From: Candidatus Omnitrophota bacterium
Lineage (GTDB): Bacteria; Omnitrophota; Gorgyraeia; B26-G9
Direction: 5' to 3'
DNA length: 41,555 nt
NCBI GenBank assembly: GCA_023819605.1
Contig: JAMWCB010000001.1
Coordinates: 1-41,555 of the forward strand
Shown here: piece by piece, positions 25,982 to 33,896 of the stretch
How the letters are laid out: each line of letters begins with the position of its first letter
Numbering within the stretch: the stretch's first letter is position 1
Translations under genes and position numbers: made by a program
The notes under the pieces: generated by a model
Seen by the model: the letters and a program-made list of their open reading frames with translations, nothing else
What the model was told of the DNA's origin: nothing
Databases searched by the model: none

Positions 25982-26125
25982 GGGGTCAGACCTCGAAACT
26001 CGAACAAGGACATAAAAACACTGCGGGCAGCATAGTAGACCGATGTCTGAGAGACGACCGTTCCCGCGATAAAACAGCGATCACGATGACGATGGACGAG
26101 GGACGCGAAGAGCAAGAACGATGCA
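25982..26125 (+). repeat. ~150-bp dispersed repeat, copy 1 (inverted partner at 33183-33338)
   Basis: GGGGTCAGACCTCGAAACTCGAA...CTGCGGGC.GCATAG...CTGAGAGACGACCGTTCCCGCGATAAAACAGCG...ACGATG...GAGGGACG...GAAGAGC. Aligned by eye to the reverse complement of 33183-33338, most positions are identical, with a few indels. Confidence 0.8.
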
Positions 26126-26315
26126 AGCTCCAAGCCGCAAGTTGCAAAGACCGATCGACGAGAGACGCTCTGAAAAGCCCGACGGATGAGAAACGAAAGA
26201 CGACGGACGAAAAGAAGCGACGAGTTCCAAAGGAAAAATGACGAAGTATAGTTATATATGAACAGCCGCAAGCGAAGTAAAAATCTATATCTTCCCGCAC
26301 AGGTTCTATGCTTTC

Positions 26316-26344
26316 ATCATAATCCCGCAGGATTTGCGTGTCAA
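26316..26344 (-). promoter_or_regulatory. Orphan sigma70-like promoter (no downstream ORF)
   Basis: Minus strand: TTGACA (26344-26339), 17-nt spacer, TATGAT (26321-26316). The -35 box is the edge of repeat copy 2 (26339-26391), the same layout as the kinase-operon promoter. Confidence 0.4.
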
Positions 26345-26391
26345 TGAAACTCACCCGGGCTAAAGCCCGGGGTATCTGAGCGGAATCCCGC
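26339..26391. repeat. Dispersed ~52-bp hairpin-containing intergenic repeat, copy 2
   Basis: TGTCAATGAAACTCACCCGGGCTAAAGCCCGGGGTATCTGAGCGGAATCCCGC. See copy 1 at 19836-19887. Confidence 0.8.
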
Positions 26392-26405
26392 AATTCCGCT
26401 TTCAA

Positions 26406-26430
26406 CCCCGGCCTAAAGGCCGGGGTTTTC
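26406..26430 (+). terminator. Terminator-like hairpin (plus strand)
   Basis: CCCCGGCC-TAAA-GGCCGGGG (8-bp GC stem) followed by TTTTC on the plus strand. It lies ~430 nt downstream of the folE stop. Confidence 0.45.
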
Positions 26431-26566
26431 AAAGATGCGTGGATAAATTTGCTTTTGTTGTTTGCGGGAACTTCGCATATCCACCATCGACCGCATTCTA
26501 CAATGCGGGATTGTGGAACTGGTTTTTAAATTTTTATGGTCTGCCCCTCTGCGATCCTCTGCCCTG

Positions 26567-27346
26567 TCATGCGTCACTCGTCACTTCCGCGAATCGATAC
26601 AACCGGCCGGCATAATCAACGACGAGGATATGCAACAGCGGTAACATATAAAGAAACAGCGTTAATTCCGAAATGCTGCGCAATGGCAACGATGCCTGCA
26701 CGGTCAGACCGAGCACGCAATACAGTGAAACAAGGATCGCGCAGCACAGAAACAACGGCAACGTGAACCGCAGGAACACGCCTTTTTTACCGGTAATCCG
26801 CCAGACGGTAGCCAAACGCGTTCCTGCCCAATAGCGCCCCGGGACCCATTGCCCCCGCCATAAGAAAACCGCCGCGTATGCCGGCCAGAGGCGAATCACG
26901 CCGACGCTCACGCTAATACCACTTAACAGCAAAAACGGCATCCCGGCATTGGCGATCGGCAGAAAAGATCGCAACAGCGTCCAGAAAAATAAAAAGAGGA
27001 AAAAGGCCAGCAACGGCGCAAACACGCTATACAAATGGATCAGCGCGCCGGCCCGCCACAGATCCATCACCGCTTCGCTGCGGATGCGCAAGGCGCGCGC
27101 CGCGCCGGCAACCGACAGCGTACTGACGCCGGCCGACAAAAAAAAAGCCACCTCCGGCGAAGGCGACAATTTATTCACAATAAAAAAAGCGACAATACCC
27201 GGCAACATAACGCTGTACCGCCGGGACAGAATCCGATGCGCCCGCGCTATCGAGGCGGCAAGCGCTCGCATTATCTCCGGAAAACTCAACGTGTGTTCCG
27301 GCGTTGAAACCGCTTTGTTACGCGCTCGATTCACCGGTGTTCTCAT
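26567..27346 (-). CDS. Hypothetical multi-pass membrane protein
   Basis: 259-aa ORF with at least six hydrophobic segments (e.g. MLPGIVAFFIVNKL, LLAFFLFLFFWTLL, FLLLSGISVSVGVI, LFLCCAILVSLYCVLGL). ATG 27346 overlaps the cutA end by 29 nt; an alternative ATG is at 27271. No family recognised. Confidence 0.55.
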   Translation of the reverse strand: MRTPVNRARNKAVSTPEHTLSFPEIMRALAASIARAHRILSRRYSVMLPGIVAFFIVNKLSPSPEVAFFLSAGVSTLSVAGAARALRIRSEAVMDLWRAGALIHLYSVFAPLLAFFLFLFFWTLLRSFLPIANAGMPFLLLSGISVSVGVIRLWPAYAAVFLWRGQWVPGRYWAGTRLATVWRITGKKGVFLRFTLPLFLCCAILVSLYCVLGLTVQASLPLRSISELTLFLYMLPLLHILVVDYAGRLYRFAEVTSDA

Positions 27347-27650
27347 CTACCCAATCAAGATACGGCTGATGTCCTGCGATGATCGGCAGCGCAATAATTT
27401 CCGGAACCGTGTAACTATGCAGCGACTTCACCGTAGTCTGCACCTGCGAAAACAGCGCAGCGCGCGTTTTAACGATCAACAAAATTTCCTGCGCGTTTTC
27501 GCATTTCCCCTGCCAAGTGAACAGCGACTGTACCGCCGTAGTGTTCACACATGCCGCCTCGCGCCGCTCCAAAAGAGCCTCCGCAATTGTCTGCGCTTCC
27601 TGGGGCGAAGACGCCGTAATCAAAACAACAATATAGCCCGTATCGCGCAT
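27318..27650 (-). CDS. cutA: Divalent-cation tolerance protein CutA
   Basis: 110 aa: VVLITASSPQEAQTIAEALLERREAACVN...FTWQGK...EILLIVKT...LHSYTVPEIIALPI...YLDWV. Confidence 0.85.
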   Translation of the reverse strand: MRDTGYIVVLITASSPQEAQTIAEALLERREAACVNTTAVQSLFTWQGKCENAQEILLIVKTRAALFSQVQTTVKSLHSYTVPEIIALPIIAGHQPYLDWVDENTGESSA

Positions 27651-27661
27651 CGGCCGGCACC

Positions 27662-27865
27662 CTACCGTCGCAGCGTAATTTTATAATCCTGATCACCGCT
27701 AATCACGACATGGCCTTCCCTGCCCAGCCACCCGACGCTCATCAAGACCAATTCTCGCGGCCGCCCCAAACAGTTGATCATTTCCGATAAGAGCGATTCT
27801 TTATTCGGCCGGTTTTCGAGAAAATGCCAAATCTCGCCTGCGACAATCCCGATTTCAATAATCAT
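27662..27865 (-). CDS. Small winged-helix protein (DUF2582-like)
   Basis: 67 aa. IGIVAGEIWHFLENRPNKESLLSEMINCLGRPRELVLMSVGWLGREGHV resembles the DUF2582 winged-helix family from memory. GGGAGGG RBS. Confidence 0.6.
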   Translation of the reverse strand: MIIEIGIVAGEIWHFLENRPNKESLLSEMINCLGRPRELVLMSVGWLGREGHVVISGDQDYKITLRR

Positions 27866-27939
27866 AGGCCCTCCCTTTTTACCCCGCTCAATCCCCTATT
27901 TCGCCGTTTCCTATTTTCCGGATTTTATTCCCACGCCGG

Positions 27940-28356
27940 TTACTGCTGCAAGGTGGCGATACTGACCTGCTCCAGGCCGGATGTCCGGCATAAATCCCAA
28001 ATGCGCACTACGTTCTCCAGCGGCGTCTCTTTATCCGCCTTAATCATGAGTATTTTTTTATCTTTCTGTTGTGCCGCCTCGGCCAAATAGGCCCGTAATT
28101 CCTCAATCGTCACTTTTTTATCCATCACAAAAACTTCGTTACTGCGCGTTAACGTAATGACGATATTTTTATCCGTTACCGCTTCGGCAGTCGCCGCCGA
28201 CGGCAAATTAACCTTTATCCCGGGGAAAATAACATAATTTGACGTAAGCACAAAAAAAATCAGCAGCAAAAAAACCATATCCACCAAAGGCGTAATATTG
28301 ATTTCTTTCTGACCGCGTTCCAATTCCAAATGCTGACGAAAGCGCATCTCGATCAC
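27940..28356 (-). CDS. exbD: ExbD/TolR-family biopolymer transport protein
   Basis: EINITPLVDMVFLLLIFFVL TM motif with conserved Asp, and a periplasmic C-terminal domain. GTG 28356, or ATG 28347. Confidence 0.85.
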   Translation of the reverse strand: MIEMRFRQHLELERGQKEINITPLVDMVFLLLIFFVLTSNYVIFPGIKVNLPSAATAEAVTDKNIVITLTRSNEVFVMDKKVTIEELRAYLAEAAQQKDKKILMIKADKETPLENVVRIWDLCRTSGLEQVSIATLQQ

Positions 28357-28359
28357 CCA

Positions 28360-29037
28360 TCATTTATTCTGTGTGAGCACATTCATCAATTCCGTCGCCG
28401 CGGTTTCCATACCCAAGACAATATCCTGAACCTTACCGACCAGGTAATTATACGCCACAAAACTGGGTATAGCCACGACCAGCCCGGCGACCGTGGTAAT
28501 GAGCGCTTCCCAAATTCCTTTCGCCAGCAACGAAGGATCGACCACGGAAACCGCCGTCGCCCGCTCCTGAATTGTCTGAAACACACTCACCATACCGGTA
28601 ACCGTCCCGAGCAACCCCAACAGCGGGCTAACATGCGCAATCGTTGCCAAAGAACTCAAGCTTTTCTCAAGCAGCGGCACTTCCTGTGCGCCGGCATCGG
28701 CGATTGCCTCGCGTATCTCCTGGCGCGAACGTTCATGCGCCTCAATTCCAGCCTTAAAAACCTGCGTTACCGGGGAACGAACCCTCTCGCATAATGCCTG
28801 AGCCTCCTGTATACGGCCGCGTTTCAATGCCAACGTCACATCATCGATAACTCGCCGCGATTGCCGGCTCACCTGATAAAGAAAAACATAGCGCTCAAAA
28901 ATTATTGCGATGGAAAATATAGAGCACAATAAAATCGGCACCATCACCAGGCCGCCCTTATGAACGATGTCAACTTTCATAAATACAAAAACAGCAAATA
29001 GTAACGATACACCGCCACACATCAGTCGATAAATCAT
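28360..29037 (-). CDS. exbB: MotA/TolQ/ExbB-family proton channel protein
   Basis: Three TM segments. Conserved C-terminal core LATIAHVSPLLGLLGTVTGMV...ALITTVAGLVVAIPSFVAYNYL. Confidence 0.85.
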   Translation of the reverse strand: MIYRLMCGGVSLLFAVFVFMKVDIVHKGGLVMVPILLCSIFSIAIIFERYVFLYQVSRQSRRVIDDVTLALKRGRIQEAQALCERVRSPVTQVFKAGIEAHERSRQEIREAIADAGAQEVPLLEKSLSSLATIAHVSPLLGLLGTVTGMVSVFQTIQERATAVSVVDPSLLAKGIWEALITTVAGLVVAIPSFVAYNYLVGKVQDIVLGMETAATELMNVLTQNK

Positions 29038-29050
29038 GTTGTCATCCTAT

Positions 29051-29088
29051 TAATTAGGGACACATTATTAATTATAATTAGGGACACA
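29051..29088. promoter_or_regulatory. 14-bp perfect direct repeat x2 (TAATTAGGGACACA, 24-bp period) in the exbB leader; candidate operator
   Basis: Copies at 29051-29064 and 29075-29088, between the predicted promoter (29116-29144) and ATG 29037. Confidence 0.45.
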
Positions 29089-29115
29089 AGTAAATTTTAT
29101 TTTATTCTTGTTTTT

Positions 29116-29144
29116 ACTTTATCAGATACTGTGAAGTTTGTCAA
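29116..29144 (-). promoter_or_regulatory. Candidate sigma70 promoter for exbB-exbD
   Basis: Minus strand: TTGACA (29144-29139), 17-nt spacer, TAAAGT (29121-29116), in an AT-rich intergenic region. Confidence 0.35.
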
Positions 29145-29216
29145 GAATCTTTACGGAAGGCAAATATTTATTCGTCGCTGATAACCATTCAATTTATCTC
29201 AAAAAATTTCTCATAT

Positions 29217-32030
29217 TCACATATCCACATTGCGCTGCACATGTTTTTTTAAAAAGTGTCCCGTGTATGAACTATCCGATTCCATCACCTCGTTCGGACT
29301 TCCACACACCAATATATGTCCCCCTTTTTCACCGCCTTCCGGACCAAGATCAATGATGTAATCAGCCGTGCGGATCACATCCAAATTATGCTCAATCACC
29401 AAAACCGTATTTCCAAAATCGACCAAACGATGCAAGACATTCAATAATTTTTCCACGTCCGCAAAATGCAAGCCGGTCGTCGGCTCGTCCAAAATGTAGA
29501 ATGTTTTCCCCGTACCCCGGCGGGAAAGTTCCGCAGATAGCTTGACCCGCTGCGCTTCGCCGCCGGACAAATTCGTCGCCGCCTGGCCGAGCTGGATATA
29601 TTCCAAACCGACATCGCGCAGGACTTTTAATTTTTCGGCAATACGCGGAATATCCGCAAACAATTCCACGGCGGCTTCCACACTCGTCGATAGCACATCC
29701 GCGATGGAATGCCCCTTATATTTCACGGCCAACGTCTGCTCGTTAAAACGCTGCCCTTTACATACCTCGCACTCCACATACACATCCGGCAAAAAATGCA
29801 TTTCGATTTTTTTAATCCCATCTCCCTGACACGCTTCGCACCTGCCGCCTTTGACGTTGAAACTGAACCGCCCCGGCAAATAACCGCGCAGGCGAGATTC
29901 GGGCAATTGCGCAAAAAAATCGCGGATCGGCCCGAATATTCCCGTATACGTCGCCGGATTTGAACGCGGCGTGCGGCCAATCGGCGACTGATCGATCACA
30001 ATGACCTTATCGATATGTTCCACGCCGCTCATCCGTCTGAACGCACCCGGCTTCTCGCGGCTCTGATGAAGCTTTTTCGCCAAAGCGCGATACAGAATAT
30101 CCTCGACCAATGTCGATTTTCCCGAACCGGAAACACCGGTAACCGCGACAAAAACTCCCAGCGGAATCGTCACGTCGATTTTTTTTAAATTATGCTCAGC
30201 CGCGCCGAAAATCATCAGGCGTTTGTTTCGCGCGTACGGCCGCGGCGTACGGCCGGCGCCGACCGCCAGCGTGCCGTTTAAATACTGGGCAGTGCGCGAA
30301 TCGCGGCATTGCAGCACCTGCGGCAAGGTTCCCTGGCAGACGATTTCGCCGCCGTGGCGCCCTGCGCCCGGCCCCAGATCCACGATATAATCCGCGGCGC
30401 GCATCGTCGCTTCGTCATGCTCGACGACCACCAACGTATTGCCCAAATCGCGCAACGCCTGCAGCGTCGCCAGTAATTTTTCATTATCCCGCTGATGCAG
30501 TCCGATACTCGGCTCATCCAGAATATAAATTACGCCGGTCAAGCGCGAGCCGATCTGCGTAGCTAAACGAATCCGCTGCGCTTCGCCGCCGGAGAGCGTG
30601 CCGCTCTGACGGTCAAGACTTAAATAATCCAATCCCACATTCACCAAAAATTCCAGGCGCTGCCGGATTTCTTTAAGCACCTGATACGCGATTTGCCGCT
30701 CGCGCTCATTCAGCGACAAACTTTGAAAAAATTCATGGGCGCGGTTGACGGAAAAACGGCAAATCTCATCGATATTTTTTCCGGCGATTTTCACCGATAG
30801 GCTCTCCGGACGCAGTCGTTTGCCGGCGCACACCGGACAGGCCTGCGTGCTCATATACTTATTAATTTCTTCCTTCAGAAATTCGCTGTCGGTTTGCTGA
30901 AACAGCCGTTCCAAATGCGGAATAATTCCTTCGTATCGTTTCCCCCACACCTGCACATCCCCGCCGTAGAGAACTAATTTTTGCACCGCTGCCGGCAGAT
31001 GGGAAAACGCGTCGTCGAGGCTGAACCCTTCTTGTTCCGCCAAAGCCGCCAACAGGCTGCGGTAGTACATTAAATACCCTTTACCGCCGCGCCGCCACGG
31101 CTCCAGCGCCCCTTCCCGCAGCGATTTACCACGGTCAGGCACCACCAGTTCCTCATCGATTTCCATCTTCGTGCCCAGGCCGCTGCAGACCGGGCATGCG
31201 CCATAGGGACTGTTGAACGAAAACATACGCGGCTGCAATTCGTCATAGCTGATGCCGCATTCCACGCAGGCGTAAATTTCGCTATACAGCGTTTCCTGCA
31301 GCGTACCGTCCGCCTGCTCCTGTCCCACGACCAAAGCGCCCTTGCCGACTTTCAACGCGGTTTCCACCGAATCGGTCAACCGCCCCTTCACCTCCGGCTT
31401 CAAAATCAACCGGTCAACAATCACCTGCACGGAATGACTTTTTTTCTTATCCAAGCGAATCGTATCCTGAACTTCATGGATTACCCCGTCGACCCGCACC
31501 CGCACAAAGCCGGATTTCGCCACCTCGTCGAACAAACGGCGATACTCCCCTTTGCGGCCGCTGACGATCGGCGCCAAAAGATAAATCCGCGCGCCGGAAG
31601 GTAATTGCAGAATCTGTTCGACAATCTGCTGGCTGGTCTGCTGGGTGATGCGTTTACCGCACCGGTGGCAATACGGCACGCCGACGCGCGCGAAGAGCAA
31701 ACGGAAATAATCGTAAATTTCCGTCTGCGTCGCTACGGTAGAGCGGGGGTTGCCTCCGGCGACCCGCTGCTCGATAGCAATCGCCGGCGACAACCCGTCG
31801 ATTCGTTCGACATCCGGCTTATGCAGCTGTTCCAAAAACTGGCGCGCGTAGGCGGATAAACTTTCAACATATCGCCGCTGGCCCTCGGCGTAAATCGTGT
31901 CAAACGCCAGCGACGACTTGCCGGAACCGGACAGCCCCGTGATCACGATAAACTTATTCCGGGGCAAATCCAGATCAATACCTTTTAAATTATGTTCGCG
32001 CGCGCCGCGGATAACAATATTTTCCATCAT
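29217..32030 (-). CDS. uvrA: Excinuclease ABC subunit A
   Basis: IRGAREHNLKGIDLDLPRNKFIVITGLSGSGKSSLAFDTIYAEGQRRYVESLS. Two ABC modules (second Walker A: GVSGSGKST; signatures LSGGEAQR). Zinc-finger Cys pairs. Confidence 0.97.
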   Translation of the reverse strand: MMENIVIRGAREHNLKGIDLDLPRNKFIVITGLSGSGKSSLAFDTIYAEGQRRYVESLSAYARQFLEQLHKPDVERIDGLSPAIAIEQRVAGGNPRSTVATQTEIYDYFRLLFARVGVPYCHRCGKRITQQTSQQIVEQILQLPSGARIYLLAPIVSGRKGEYRRLFDEVAKSGFVRVRVDGVIHEVQDTIRLDKKKSHSVQVIVDRLILKPEVKGRLTDSVETALKVGKGALVVGQEQADGTLQETLYSEIYACVECGISYDELQPRMFSFNSPYGACPVCSGLGTKMEIDEELVVPDRGKSLREGALEPWRRGGKGYLMYYRSLLAALAEQEGFSLDDAFSHLPAAVQKLVLYGGDVQVWGKRYEGIIPHLERLFQQTDSEFLKEEINKYMSTQACPVCAGKRLRPESLSVKIAGKNIDEICRFSVNRAHEFFQSLSLNERERQIAYQVLKEIRQRLEFLVNVGLDYLSLDRQSGTLSGGEAQRIRLATQIGSRLTGVIYILDEPSIGLHQRDNEKLLATLQALRDLGNTLVVVEHDEATMRAADYIVDLGPGAGRHGGEIVCQGTLPQVLQCRDSRTAQYLNGTLAVGAGRTPRPYARNKRLMIFGAAEHNLKKIDVTIPLGVFVAVTGVSGSGKSTLVEDILYRALAKKLHQSREKPGAFRRMSGVEHIDKVIVIDQSPIGRTPRSNPATYTGIFGPIRDFFAQLPESRLRGYLPGRFSFNVKGGRCEACQGDGIKKIEMHFLPDVYVECEVCKGQRFNEQTLAVKYKGHSIADVLSTSVEAAVELFADIPRIAEKLKVLRDVGLEYIQLGQAATNLSGGEAQRVKLSAELSRRGTGKTFYILDEPTTGLHFADVEKLLNVLHRLVDFGNTVLVIEHNLDVIRTADYIIDLGPEGGEKGGHILVCGSPNEVMESDSSYTGHFLKKHVQRNVDM

Positions 32031-32069
32031 CTTGCCTCGGTCGATGCCGCCTGCGGCTTGTAATGATCT

Positions 32070-33179
32070 TTACTTTCCCGCCGTTAACTCCTGCAAGAGG
32101 ATCTTCACAATCCGCACCGCGGCTTTTCCATCCCAAAATTTCGGCGTTTTGCCCTGCTTTACTTTTCCCTGTAAAATCGCCCGCATCGAACGGCTGATTT
32201 TTTTCAGATCGCGGCCGACTAAAATATTCGTACCCTCGGTAATCGTAACCGGACGCTCCGTGTTCTCGCGCATCGTCAAACACGGAACCTTTAAGAAAGT
32301 CGTCTCCTCCTGAATCCCGCCGGAGTCAGTCAGAACAAAACGAGCATCTTTCACCAGCCGCACGAAATCGACATACCCCTGCGGTTCGACTAAAATCAAA
32401 TTTTCCAAACTTTGAAAAACCGCATCAAGTTTATGCTCGCTGATTTTTCCTTTTGTCCGCGGATGAATCGGCCAGACCAGTTTCACCTGCGCCGGTATCT
32501 GCCGCAAAATCCCGGCGATTTGCTCCAACGCTTCCTTGGAATCGACATTACTCGGCCGGTGCAGCGTCAAAACACAATATCCCCGCGGTTGAAGATTTAA
32601 CGCCGACAAAATCCGCGATCGATTAATCTTTGGCAGATGCGCTAACAGCGTATCGATCATCACATTGCCGACATAAAAATATTTTTTCGCCGGCACGCCT
32701 TCTTTTTTTAAATTTTTCATCCCGCTGGTTTCGCTGACAAACAAATAATCGGAAATCGCGTCGGTGACCAGGCGATTGATTTCCTCAGGCATCCGGCGGT
32801 CGAAACTCCGCAAACCCGCTTCCACATGCGCCATGCGGATATTCAATTTCGTCGCCACCAGCGAGCAGGCCACCGTGGAATTGACATCGCCGACCACAAT
32901 CACGCAATCCGGCTTGTGCGCGAGGGCTACCTTTTCAAACTCAAGCATAATTTTAGCGGTCTGCACCGCATGCGAACCGGAGCCGACCTCCAAATAAATA
33001 TCCGGCGTCGGGATATCCAAATCCTTGAAAAAAACTTCGGACATCTGGTAATCGTAATGCTGCCCGGTATGCACGAGCAGTACTTCCACCTGCCGCCGCA
33101 CCTTCCGGAATTCCCGCATCAACGGCGCAATCTTCATAAAATTCGGCCGCGCCCCGGCCACCACCATGATTTTTTTCAT
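32070..33179 (-). CDS. wecB: UDP-N-acetylglucosamine 2-epimerase (non-hydrolysing)
   Basis: MKKIMVVAGARPNFMKIAPL, VHTGQHYD, HVEAGLRSFDRRMPEEINR, TDSGGIQEE. Start moved to ATG 33179. The 15 codons upstream in the track ORF lie inside the ~150-bp repeat. Confidence 0.9.
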   Translation of the reverse strand: MKKIMVVAGARPNFMKIAPLMREFRKVRRQVEVLLVHTGQHYDYQMSEVFFKDLDIPTPDIYLEVGSGSHAVQTAKIMLEFEKVALAHKPDCVIVVGDVNSTVACSLVATKLNIRMAHVEAGLRSFDRRMPEEINRLVTDAISDYLFVSETSGMKNLKKEGVPAKKYFYVGNVMIDTLLAHLPKINRSRILSALNLQPRGYCVLTLHRPSNVDSKEALEQIAGILRQIPAQVKLVWPIHPRTKGKISEHKLDAVFQSLENLILVEPQGYVDFVRLVKDARFVLTDSGGIQEETTFLKVPCLTMRENTERPVTITEGTNILVGRDLKKISRSMRAILQGKVKQGKTPKFWDGKAAVRIVKILLQELTAGK

Positions 33180-33182
33180 ATA

Positions 33183-33338
33183 GCCATCCTCGTCTTTCGC
33201 TCTTCGCAGCTCGTCCCTCGCCATCGTAACCGCTGTTTTATCGCGGGAACGGTCGTCTCTCAGCCGTCGGTCTATGCCGCCCGCAGCGTTTTTATTTCCT
33301 TGTCAATTTTCGAATTTCGAGTTTCGAGGTCTGACCCC
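33183..33338 (-). repeat. ~150-bp dispersed repeat, copy 2 (inverted relative to 25982-26125)
   Basis: The reverse complement reads GGGGTCAGACCTCGAAACTCGAAATTCGAAAATTGACAAGGAAATAAAAACGCTGCGGGCGGCATAGACCGACGGCTGAGAGACGACCGTTCCCGCGATAAAACAGCGGTTACGATGGCGAGGGACGAGCTGCGAAGAGCGAAAGACGAGGATGGC. It forms the 5' leader of wecB. Confidence 0.8.
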
Positions 33339-33366
33339 AATCAGCTGGCTGACCCCAATCAGCTGG
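33331..33366. repeat. Perfect 18-bp tandem duplication (CTGACCCCAATCAGCTGG x2)
   Basis: Units at 33331-33348 and 33349-33366, abutting the stop codon (33367-33369) of the SxtJ-like gene and the end of repeat copy 2. Confidence 0.9.
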
Positions 33367-33726
33367 CTACCACATTTTTTCGAAACTTGGTTTATCCATC
33401 GCTCGATTAACGTCGATAAAATATGACGGATACCGGCGTGAAAGCATCAACGGGTCTTTCGTAAACAATCTCGACAGCAACGCCAATGGACATAAAAATA
33501 AAAAAAATAGCAGCGTTAAAATCACCCGGGGCACGATGCATCCCAGAATATGGGCTATGTTCATCCAACCCTGTTCGATACGTTGACTCAACGAATCGGA
33601 TATGATGCCGATACAGCCCACACCCAGCGCGACATATACCGCCCACGGCCAGAACAAAAACACATGCAGCGCCAAAAAACCCGTAGAAATAACCAAGAGC
33701 GTATTTTTCGGTGTACCTGTTTTCAT
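33367..33726 (-). CDS. SxtJ-family small membrane protein
   Basis: Start moved to ATG 33726 (MKTGTPKNTLLV...). Pattern IAHILGCIVPRVILTLLFFLFLCPLALLSRLFTKDPLML...DKPSFEKMW matches my recollection of the SxtJ family, which accompanies carbamoyltransferases. Confidence 0.7.
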   Translation of the reverse strand: MKTGTPKNTLLVISTGFLALHVFLFWPWAVYVALGVGCIGIISDSLSQRIEQGWMNIAHILGCIVPRVILTLLFFLFLCPLALLSRLFTKDPLMLSRRYPSYFIDVNRAMDKPSFEKMW

Positions 33727-33740
33727 CGCGTCCTCACCAC

Positions 33741-33896
33741 TTAAAACAAAGCGTAAATAAAAGGAGCAATGGCGCTCCCCCCGCCGAATACCATGATCGC
33801 CCCGAAAAGCAGCAAAACGATAATTATCGGCGCCAGCCAAAATTTCTTACGTTCTTTTATAAAGAGCCACAAGTCGCTCAAAAACCCCATACTCAT
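33741..33896 (-). CDS. DUF5989 (SxtK-like) small membrane protein, 51 aa
   Basis: Below the ORF-track length cutoff. Manual translation: MSMGFLSDLWLFIKERKKFWLAPIIIVLLLFGAIMVFGGGSAIAPFIYALF*. It has the KKFWL.PII..LLL...SA.APFIY.LF signature. The ATG overlaps the upstream stop as ATGA (33893-33896). Confidence 0.75.
   Translation of the reverse strand: MSMGFLSDLWLFIKERKKFWLAPIIIVLLLFGAIMVFGGGSAIAPFIYALF

Noticed and set aside
26086-26241. A 51-aa plus-strand ORF (MTMDEGREEQERCKLQAASCKDRSTRDALKSPTDEKRKTTDEKKRRVPKEK)
   Set aside because: It is a low-complexity charged sequence produced by a purine-rich repeat tract. It has no RBS, and the corresponding part of the second repeat copy is not conserved as a reading frame.
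25846-26432. Track ORFs 25846-26271 (-) and 25986-26432 (-)
   Set aside because: They lie entirely in repeat and hairpin sequence, have Ser/Arg/Phe-rich low-complexity translations, and partly overlap the folE 3' end antisense. The similarity to ORF 32826-33410 (+) is explained by the DNA repeat.
25982-33338. The 7-kb segment between the inverted ~150-bp repeats as a composite transposon or genomic island
   Set aside because: It contains no transposase, integrase or recombinase. It carries core genes (uvrA, cutA, exbBD, wecB). No target-site duplication flanks both ends. The repeats are treated as dispersed elements instead.
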